43,482 nt of DNA, taken from the NCBI GenBank assembly GCA_043771035.1, contig JAYVHQ010000017.1, positions 1 through 43,482 on the forward strand, read 5' to 3'. This DNA comes from Candidatus Kaiserbacteria bacterium (GTDB lineage Bacteria > Patescibacteriota > Minisyncoccia > Phycocordibacterales > UBA918). Both the position numbers and the translations under genes were made by a program. Below the pieces are notes generated by a model. The model was not told the origin of the DNA. It saw only the letters and a program-made list of their open reading frames with translations, and searched no databases. This document shows positions 22,937 to 32,200 of the stretch, piece after piece (positions within the stretch are counted from its first letter, which is position 1; each line of letters opens with the position of its first letter).

Positions 22937-24252
22937 TTATAGCTGACGTCTACCCCTTGGGCAATCAACTTCTCAAAATACCTTGTCAGCTCATCGGCTT
23001 CACTTTCTGATAGTGCCAACCCCCGTTGTCTAATACCCGCCATGAGACGCGTATTAAACTCCAGTTCTTCTATCACACCGGTCACTCTATCAGCAATCAG
23101 CTCAACTAAATTCGTGTCTTGTTCTTTGGATAATTTAATCCTAAATATTTCCATTAAATGATCTTTGAGCCGCTCAGCCAACTTATGCTGACTAAAAAAT
23201 ATCCCGGGATTATCTTTTTTGGCCCGAAAGCGTCTAATATCATCTGATTGATGAATCATCAACTCAGATTTTTTTGCCATAGCCTTGGCAATTGCTTCTG
23301 GCATCTCTACCCCGCCCTGCTCACTCGGCAAGATTAGGGTTTTAATAAACGCGTCGTGATCTATTTTACCTTTAATAAAATGGCCGACCGCACGCTCTAG
23401 TTTATTAAGCTGATTAAAGGTGTAGTCTTGGGTCAGGTAATTAACCATACTTTTTACCCGTAGAGTATCTACTGAATCATACGGGAAAAGACGAGCCAGC
23501 TGTTCGAGCTCAGTCACGATTGTCTCCCCTTCTCGTACCGGTTTGATTTGTTTACGCTGCGGGTTTACTACTTCACGCACGATAAATCCATCTTTAAGAT
23601 AATACACCCGGTGCGCGTAACTCAGGTGCGCCGCATTGTGAGACACCATAATAATGGTTCGCCTATCAAAGGTATTGATCTCATCAATTTTGTCCATTAC
23701 CTGCTGTGTTGAAACCGAGTCGAGGTTACCTGTTGGTTCGTCTGCCAAAAGAATCTTAGGGTCATTTACCATTGATCTGGCTACTGACACACGTTGTTGC
23801 TGCCCTCCTGAGAGCATTGACGGGATTTTGTGCGACACGTGCCCTACTCCAAACCGATCAAGCAAAGACTGCGCCCGTCTGTCGCGGGTTGGTTTATCAA
23901 CGTCACAGAAAATTTGCGGTAGGGCGACGTTGTCGAGTACCGATAAAGAACCTATCAAGTTAAACGATTGAAAAATAATACCCATCACATACCGCTGAAA
24001 ATACACCCGCTCACTCGGTGGATAGGAGTAAATATCATCACCACGAATAAGGAGTGTCCCATCACCCGGTGGCAGTGAACCTTGGATAGAATACATCAGC
24101 GTTGATTTTCCTGACCCAGAGGCGCCGAAAAGAATAATGTACTCGCCTTCATAAATGTCAGTATTAACATTTTGCAGAGCTCGAAATTCGTTTTGTTTAC
24201 CTTTATTATAAATAATAGAAAGGTCTCGACAGGTGATAAAGGGCTTGGCCAT
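22930..24252 (-). CDS. ABC transporter ATP-binding protein (MacB/LolD/FtsE-like NBD) with an unusual ~210-aa helical C-terminal extension.
   Basis: Walker A is GASGSGKST. The Q-loop region is IFQSFNL. The signature is LSGGQQQRVSVARS. Walker B is ILLADEPTGNLD. The H-loop is MVSHN. After about residue 228 (22933..23571) a helical region with two similar halves has no NBD counterpart. Confidence 0.85.
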   Translation of the reverse strand: MAKPFITCRDLSIIYNKGKQNEFRALQNVNTDIYEGEYIILFGASGSGKSTLMYSIQGSLPPGDGTLLIRGDDIYSYPPSERVYFQRYVMGIIFQSFNLIGSLSVLDNVALPQIFCDVDKPTRDRRAQSLLDRFGVGHVSHKIPSMLSGGQQQRVSVARSMVNDPKILLADEPTGNLDSVSTQQVMDKIDEINTFDRRTIIMVSHNAAHLSYAHRVYYLKDGFIVREVVNPQRKQIKPVREGETIVTELEQLARLFPYDSVDTLRVKSMVNYLTQDYTFNQLNKLERAVGHFIKGKIDHDAFIKTLILPSEQGGVEMPEAIAKAMAKKSELMIHQSDDIRRFRAKKDNPGIFFSQHKLAERLKDHLMEIFRIKLSKEQDTNLVELIADRVTGVIEELEFNTRLMAGIRQRGLALSESEADELTRYFEKLIAQGVDVSYKA

Positions 24253-24360
24253 ATTTTTATATTATCGCACGCACGGCAACTGTTCTATCATGCAACCCCC
24301 AGTTTTAAGATATCAATACAAATTATTAAAATAAATAATTCAAAAGTGATCAAAGAGCTA

Positions 24361-24470
24361 AGACTTTCAGAAACGAGTGAAATTCGAGGCACGCAAGGAA
24401 ATTATTGTGAGCCGTACCCATCGTACGGTGAGCAATGATGACACGCTACGGCGCTTACGTGATTTAACTC
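24361..24470 (+). repeat. E-element copy E4a.
   Basis: AGACTTTCAGAAACGAGTGAAATTCGAGGCACGCAAGGAAATTATTGTGAGCCGTAC-CCATC-GTACGGTGAGCAATGATGA is nearly identical to E1 in the block ATTCGAGGCA(G/C)GCAAGGAAA and in GAGCCGTAC...GTACGGTGAG. Confidence 0.7.
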
Positions 24471-24486
24471 AAGTGAGTTAGTCATC

Positions 24487-24724
24487 TAAGACCTCAAAAA
24501 TTGAGTGCAGTGCTAGGAGTGAGAAAGCAAACTGCTTTGCTTTCGTAAGACTCATTGAGAGATTTTGCAAAAATACCCAATGAGTGGACAGCTTCTGTAA
24601 GAAGCAAGGAAATTACCGCAGCGGTCCAGCGATTTTTCCTAGGGAAGAAAAAATCGGGACAGAAATTCATCATCTTGAAAAGCAATCCCATTGCTTTTCA
24701 ACTACGCTCGTTTCTTCATTCACC
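24487..24724 (+). repeat. E-element copy E4b. The central hairpin is replaced by other perfect hairpins.
   Basis: It shares TGAGTGCAGTGCTAGGAG (18/18) with E2. It also shares GGTCCAGCGATTTT(T)CCT..GGA.GAAAAA(A)TCGGGACAGAAATTCA and the right end CGCTCGTTTCTTCATTC with E2. The core is collapsed to GCAAGGAAATTACCGCAGC. Extra hairpins are GAAAGCAAA-CTGC-TTTGCTTTC, ACTCATTG...CAATGAGT and GAAAAGCAAT-CCC-ATTGCTTTTC. Confidence 0.7.
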
Positions 24725-24737
24725 AATTTTGGTGGTC

Positions 24738-26180
24738 TTATTTACCGATGTTCTTCAACCAACCGAATGTACTCTGGAAGTTTTCCAAAATCAAATCGAT
24801 AATATTCTTTTCCTGAATTGGAGTGAACAGTACGAAGTTCTCTGACTGAATAGTGTTCTTGGCTTCGTCAGTACAATTGAGCCAAAATTGGTAGACAGTG
24901 GCGGGGGCGAAGTCAACAATTACCTCTACGTGGGTAGTTGAATACTGGACGTTTTCTTGTTCAATCGTGATGGGTTCTACGCCGCCGGCCACCCCTTCAC
25001 GATAGGTCATAAGACAACTGGCTGATTCATCAGTGTTCCACTCGACAATCGTCTGAATCCGGGATTCTCCACCGGGGAAAATAGTTGATTCGTTGGTCAC
25101 GTTTGTAATAATCGGCGGCGCGATATCACGGACGGTAATAAATTGAATTGGCTGGCTACGGACGCGATCTCCACCCGAGTTTTCTGCAATCACAAACGCC
25201 ACGTAGCGCGTACCCAGCGTCAGGTCCGCTAAGCGCATTTGGTGCGTTGTAGCTAAGGTCGGGCGACCAACTGAGTTTTGCACACCGGTGGTTAAGTCTT
25301 GAAATTCAATCAGGGCTTTGGCTGGCACAGTAGTATCCCACGCTAAAGTCGCGGCGTTTTCTTCTACTTTTACAATCCGCAGGTTACGTATATCGGGTAA
25401 AGATGCTTTGGTTCTAAAGGTGTAGTTGCGACTTTCACCGGTGATGCTGTACGTATCTTTAGACAGAACTTTAAAGGTATACTCCGTAAATGGCTCAAGT
25501 CCAATTAATCTAATTTCATGATCACTTGATGGCTCACCAGTTGATGACTGAGAAAATTCGTAGGTACCGTCAAAGCCCTGAGTTTTAGAAAATTGCACTT
25601 CTGAAGTAGCAGGTCTGTCGGTTACCCACTTCACCAGTGCAGTGTTTGTTTCTGGGATCACTGTTGGTGGCCCAACAATCGCTAAGACTTGGGAGATACC
25701 TTTGATGACCTTGATGGTTTCATCAATAATCTCTTGTAGTTTCGGGATACTGGTGATCTGCTTTATTTGTTCGATTATTTCTTTGGTTGGCTCAGAATCA
25801 CTCTTCCCCTCCCCGATAGCCGGTGTACCATCTGTTTGGATTTTGTAGTCAGCTGAAATGCCCTGGTTTCCTTCGAGGTCAGCTGATACGACACGGAAAT
25901 AGTAGGTTCGGCCGGGTTCGAGATTATTTAAGGTGACTGAGTGAGTGGTTCTGTCAGCTACTGGTACACGCACAATACCGTAGTCAGCTTGCAGGCCGTA
26001 GTTTACCGCCGAGTCAGCTTTTTCACTCGTTTCCCAGGTGAGCGTCACACTCTCCTTGGTCGTAGTACCAATTTTTACATTACTAATCTCCGGCGCTTTT
26101 GTGTCATTTGATTGAGCAATAACTGTCTGACTACTAAGAAGAGCCAGACACACCACTACAAATAAGAAGTACCCGCGCAT
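24738..26180 (-). CDS. Secreted protein with four FN3-like (purple-acid-phosphatase-N-like) domains and a helical linker.
   Basis: The signal peptide is MRGYFLFVVVCLALLSSQTVIA/QS. Repeats include VTLTWETSEKADSAVNYG...HSVTLNNLEPGRTYYFRVVS, ALVKWVTDRPATSEVQF...LEPFTEYTFKVLS, ATLAWDTTVPAKALIEF...LTLGTRYVAFVIA and a fourth copy. The gene starts 26 nt after the giant ORF stop. Confidence 0.8.
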   Translation of the reverse strand: MRGYFLFVVVCLALLSSQTVIAQSNDTKAPEISNVKIGTTTKESVTLTWETSEKADSAVNYGLQADYGIVRVPVADRTTHSVTLNNLEPGRTYYFRVVSADLEGNQGISADYKIQTDGTPAIGEGKSDSEPTKEIIEQIKQITSIPKLQEIIDETIKVIKGISQVLAIVGPPTVIPETNTALVKWVTDRPATSEVQFSKTQGFDGTYEFSQSSTGEPSSDHEIRLIGLEPFTEYTFKVLSKDTYSITGESRNYTFRTKASLPDIRNLRIVKVEENAATLAWDTTVPAKALIEFQDLTTGVQNSVGRPTLATTHQMRLADLTLGTRYVAFVIAENSGGDRVRSQPIQFITVRDIAPPIITNVTNESTIFPGGESRIQTIVEWNTDESASCLMTYREGVAGGVEPITIEQENVQYSTTHVEVIVDFAPATVYQFWLNCTDEAKNTIQSENFVLFTPIQEKNIIDLILENFQSTFGWLKNIGK

Positions 26181-26206
26181 AAATGTACATAAAGTATACC
26201 ACTAGA

Positions 26207-29200
26207 CTATATCGATACTGGCGTAAAGACGTTGATACCGGAGTGCGGCGCACTGTTGACTCCAGTCGCTGGTACTGCAACACCCCAATAGATTGGAACA
26301 ACTACCGGTGGTGTAGGTGCGGTTGGTTTTGCTAATCCGATTGCAAGATTAGTTGGTGTCGTGCTCGACATCACGCTACAAGCCGTACATCCGCTATACG
26401 TAAAGGTTGAGGTCGCAAACCTTTGTTCATTGGCAGGAATACGTGAGCTACCACCATCAGAGAGATCGGTACCAAGCACTTCAATATTAAAGGCAATATT
26501 TCCAACATTAGTCACCGTGGTACTCGCATTTGCGGCACCAGTATTTCCGCCAAGTGCTAGCGAGCCATAATTAATCGAGTTATTTACTGACGCTGCTCTT
26601 AAGGTAATAAGTTCCTGAGCAATCGCAGACTCAAAGTCATATGTACCACTCGAGTCACGCACTTCAAGATAGGCTGACCATTTTTCACCTTCATAGAGAT
26701 TAACCGCTGGTAAAATATACGCATCAGTTGCTTCAGCGTTAAAGTAAATATCAGCACGACATGAAAGCGTACAAGTATTGCCGGCACAATTAATAAACGA
26801 ACAACTTGAACTTGAAGTCGTATCTCCTTTGTAACAATTATTAGTATTGGCAGTACAGCTTGGACCCGCTCCAGTACGATAGATAGTTGAACTGCCGGCA
26901 ATAATATCGGCATAGCCGTTAAGGTCAGTTACCGTTCCAGTAGCAAAGACCGTTGTTGTCGTACCGGGAGTTAGATTAATATCAAGACCACCATTAAGAG
27001 TCACCGCGCCAAATACCGGATCAAACTGGAGATTCATTTCAGCCACTTTGTTGTAGAAATCAAGTGGAGTGCCGCCATTGGTAACGCGCAAACAGTATGA
27101 TGAAGTCGCATTGATAGTCGGCGTCAGAACATATTCAAGTTCAGTATATTTATTTTGATTAAGGTTAAGTGCGGTTGTGATATTTGACGGACTTTCAATT
27201 ACTTTACCTGCAGCGAATGCACCCGAAGTCGAAGCCAGGTGATCGGTACTAGCGTCACCGTCAGCTACAAACGTTGAAGTCTGCATACAGATTGGTGAAC
27301 TACCACAAGAAGCTTGATTTGGTACAGCGCTAAAGTTCCCTGTTGGCACAGCTTCACAACTAGGTGCCGCTCCCTTTGGTGCCGCTTCCAGTCTAAAGGT
27401 TTGATTTACGATATCGAGACCAGAATTTTCAATGGCAAAGCGCAGGCGTTTATTTACACCCGTCACACCGCTGCCGGCTACGTTCTGCAGCTTCTCCCAC
27501 GTTGCTCCTCCGTCCGTTTGCTCGGCGCCAAAATAAACTGTCGGTGCAATCATCGCTTTAGCCCGGGCGGTATAACTATCCCACGAACCATTTTGGAACC
27601 AGAAGGTAAAGCCGACGCCACCAGTAGTGTAACTACTATCGGTTGTAGAAGCGGTGGCAACAAGTGCGCCAGCGGCAGTCCGCAAGTAGGCAGTCATAGA
27701 GTTGTTAGTCCTCCAGTCAACTTCTACTTCATACCAACCTGTCGCGTAGGTAACAGTAGATGAAGCGAGAACCGTTCCTGAAGAATCGTTGTCATAAATA
27801 TTTTTAGCAATCACCATTCTATCAATACCGAACTGTTGTAGACAGATAGCGTAGTTGTTGTTGTTTACCCCTGGGCTCTGCACCCCAAACAACGTACAAG
27901 CATCGTCGCCTGAACCGGCTGTATCAATGTACTGCATCCATCTGATGATTTGTCCTTGCGATACCGTCATTGTTGTTCTAAAGATACCGTCGGTAGTACG
28001 ACCACTCTTGTTTTGTGCTTCAAGTGAGTAGGTTCCTCCGTAGACTGGCGCTGTGTCAGTTTGGAACAAACTAGTATCACCTGAATACTCAGTGATGTTG
28101 TTATCTTCAAAATCATCAAAGGCCGCGAACGTTGTCGCTCCTGAACTCGTGTTAGCAGCAGTTGAACTACCGTAGTACATAAATGTAGTCGCTGTTTCGC
28201 TCGCAGGCAAATTAGGCACCCTAATCCATACTACGGCGTCAGTACTAGCGGTATAACGCTCAATCCAGTACGGAATTTGGGTCAGTCCATCACTTGACGT
28301 AAACCGCAAATCATCAAAGTCTGCCTGCATGTTACTGTCATAGGCCACATTAATTTTGATAGCTGAACTGGCGTAGCTGCTAGTGTCGCTATTTATTACC
28401 CGGACTCGCTGTCTGTAATCAAAACTGGTATTAAACCATTCGGAGGCGGTCGCTCCTTCTCCTCCGTCGTCGTTACGCCACCGATAATGGGTTTGCTGGG
28501 TCAGCAAACACCCACTGTTATCAAAGCGAATTGATCCACAGGCAGTTACGCCATCGATATCAAACGCTTCCCCGCCAATATTTCCGAAGCTGCCATTAAA
28601 CCGCCACGCATTGCTGGTTGAACCTGTCAGATTAACGTTAAAACCAGTAATCGCTGACGAAGTAGCAAATCCTACATTAGTAAACACTTTTGAAGCGTTG
28701 GCATCAAGTACCGAAGCTGCTACAGAAATCAGTGAGCCCCCGGCGCTTGTCAGTATATAGGAACCGTTTGAGAGGTTCGTGATTGTTGGCGAGCCCGTTA
28801 GAGTGAGGCCACCCGCTCCCAAGTTCGTCATAGTGTAATACTGCGCGTTAAGAGTTCCGCCATTTACGGTAAGGCCGTACGAACCACCGAACAAAGCAGC
28901 GACCGTGGTTGAGGTGGCGGTCGTACCGAGAATCTGAAGCGACCCAGTAGTAACTGTTGTAGAAGCTCCAGCAGCCATTCGCACATTCACTTGGCGCAAA
29001 CTGGCGCCAGCAAGTACCGTACCATCAAAGTCATTTGCATAGTTCCAGTATTCGGTAGTGGTAGCAATAGTCACATTACCGTAAATAGTAAGCGACCCAT
29101 CAACTCCAGCGTGATCTTGGGAATAAAAAGATGCTGAGCCTAAGACAGTCGTAGTAGCGGCACTACTATTCCATGCACGGATAGCCAGTGGGCTGACAAT

Positions 29201-32200
29201 TTCAAGCGTACCATACACATCGCCTCCCAAAGTTTTGGTATTAATGGTGTAGTCGCTCACACCAGAGAGTTTGAGTGTCGAGGTGGCCCAGGTTGTGTTT
29301 GCTCCGCCGACAGTATTAGTGAATACTCCACCAACATTTAGTATCGTATTCGGTTCTTTGGTAAAGGTACTAGCGCCGGTAATTGAGAAATTATTTGTTG
29401 TAGTTGCGTTACCTACAAAGTTCCAGCCACCGGTGGCACTTCCAAACACGACACTATACAGATTATTTGTACCAAAGTTTACTGTCTTACCGACACTGGT
29501 GGCGTTAAAGAGGACAGTACCGCTTGCGTTATTAACGGTACCCGAAGCTATGAGGAAATCCCCGCCGACAGACAACGTGCCGGTAGCAAGGGTGAGTGTG
29601 CCAGTTGCCATTGTGAGCGAGTCAGCTAGGGTTAGATTTACATCACTCATAGTGAACGGACCGACACCTGTGAATCTCACGGCAAAGAGGTTTGAGCTAC
29701 TTGCTTTAAGGCTAGCTGTCGACGTTGCGCTCATAATAATATCTGCCGTATTGTGCACAATTGTACCAGTCAAGTTTTCAAAACTAGCACCAACACCAAG
29801 GTTCCCCGAAGGCAAAGTCACTGTTCCAGAAGCAATCCTGAAGTTACCGGTTGTTGTAGCATTGCTGTCCGCCATACTCCATGAGCCACCTATACCCTGG
29901 AAGCGAACACTCGGTACTACAGAATCATCAAACCGTACGATATTGCCCGTAGTAGTGCTCGTAAACAAGAGGGCCGTGCCACCCATAGTAAACGCCCCAG
30001 CCGTGGCATTAAACGACGCACCGATAGTAGTAGTGCCACTACCAAATGTGATCGCGCCATTTGATTGTACAAATGAACGGCTGGTGGTAAAGATGGCGTC
30101 GGTGATATCCCAAGAACCAGCTCCGGTAAATGCAATGTTATAGAAGGTGTTGCTGTTTACATCAATGGTACGACCCGCTCCAGTTGTTGTGAAGGTTGTA
30201 GTTGACTGTCCCGCTGTAAAGAGAGCCCCTGTGCCAAATATCATACTGCCGCCAATGGTATGAGACTCCGTGCCGAGAGCACGGAAGGTGGCGTTGGTTT
30301 GCGCTTCAAGCGTTCCGTCTTGTGCCGCCCCACCACCGCCACCTGCCACTGTCACATTACCAGCTGGTTCAAAGGTCTTGCCGCTCCAGATCAGAAGCTT
30401 TTGATCAGCCGGCAGTGACAAGGTATCGATTCCTGCATCAACGGCCGTAAAGAGAATATCGCCATCGTCAGAGCTGTCCCAAATTGCCATATCGGCAATA
30501 GACAGTGGACTCGTGTTTTCATGTCGAACAATCACCCGGTTTTCATACAGATTCATATTACTGATTGATGACACGGGGTCGGCGCTCACGGTCACCGCCT
30601 TGCGGATATTGTTATCAATATACACAGAGAGCGTGTCGGCCGGACTAAAGGCAACATTTGGAATACTGTACGCTCCCGTCCCCGCGTTACATGACGCGGT
30701 GTAGGTAGTCAGTCCAGCAACTCTAAGCAGAATATTTTGCGTCACACCGTTACAGACTGGTGATACAGTCACTCCTTCATCACTGTAAACATTTCCTGAG
30801 ACAGTAATCAGCGCCGCTGAGTCATCCCAGACGACATAGCCAGGGTCACCCGCTGGATCATTATCGTACGCTTCACCAGAAAGTAGTCCCGTGTGGTTGG
30901 TAAAGCGCCACGAACTAATTGAGGTACCAGTTGCCGTAACGTTAGTAGCACCAGTTACGCCAGAGGATGAAGCAAACACGTTATTTGTGAAGTTTTTGGC
31001 TTGGTTGGCATCAATGACTGTTCCGTTCACGGTAATACCTGTACCACCATTTACTCCAATTAAATGATCTGTTCGTGAGAAGTTAGCAACTAGTGGGGTC
31101 CCCGTAAATACCACACCAGAGGCATTCATGTTACGGACTAAAACAGTATCCCACGTTGTTGACGCTGTCCCCGACAAGGTCAAACCATACGTACCAGCGC
31201 CCTGATTGGTGATTGTGGTAGAAGCGGTACTGGTACCGATTACTTCAAGCGAGCCACCAGCATACGAAGCACTTGAGCCTGACGCCAGACTGACATCTAC
31301 CTTACGTGCGCCGCCTCCTAAAGCCACTCCATCAAAGTCTGTAGCATAACTCCAATAATCATTACCTGTCACTACCGTGTAGGTACCGTAAATATTGAGC
31401 GTACCATCAACCGCAGCGTGATCTTGTGAGTAAATACTACCAAGCGCAGCGTAAGTCGAGGCACTACTATTCCACATTTTTACGTTGGTACTCGAAGCGA
31501 CAAACAAAGTGGCGTATACATCACCCACTGTTTTGGCATTTATATTTTTTGTTCCGCCGCCAAAGAAACTGAGCGTACTGCTAGCAAACGTAGTAGCCGC
31601 CCCACCGAGAGTATTTGTAAATGCTCCACCGATTGCCATAGTTGTACCCGAAGCCTGCGTGAAGTTTGTGTGATTCAGGAGCGTCAGCGCCACAGTCGTC
31701 GTCGCATTTTGCGACATGGTGAAGTTACCTGCCCCGTTATTTATAAGCAATGATCCAAAGCTTCCGTTCCCGGCGGCCACTGTATTTGAACCTGCTCCGA
31801 CCATCGCTACCAAGCCCCCGTTACTGATGAATGTACCAAAGTTAGTCCAGTTACTACCTACAGAAGTAGTTGCAATGTTGCTAGCTGAAAATGTTCCGTT
31901 ACTGCGAATTGATACACTGCCTCCTACGAGTAAAGCTGGATCACTGCTGTTTACATCAAAAGTAGTCGCTGCTGTGCCGCCAATAGTGAGATTATTTGTC
32001 ACCGCAATACCGACACCAGTTGGGGTATAGGTCGGAGTACCCGCGCCCGCATTAATATCGAGGTTATAGTAGGTGGTTGAAAGAACCTGCGCGCCGGCAC
32101 CACTGTATCTAAAGGTACTAGTATCCTCTTGCAAAGTACCACCTTCGACAAACACCGTGCCCGCACCTGCTAGATCCCAGTTACTATTACCAGCGACGAG

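Noticed and set aside
29271-30143. Long plus-strand ORFs antisense to the giant gene. The track lists 290 aa at 29271..30143, and also 32073..32732, 33330..33767, 27314..27763, 31716..32030, 33933..34307, 35118..35492 and others.
   Set aside because: They lie entirely inside the continuous 17-kb minus-strand ORF. Their Val/Pro/Ala/Leu-rich translations are the mirror image of Thr/Gly/Ser/Asn codons. They have no starts with an SD and no recognisable motifs. They are antisense shadows of a compositionally biased gene.
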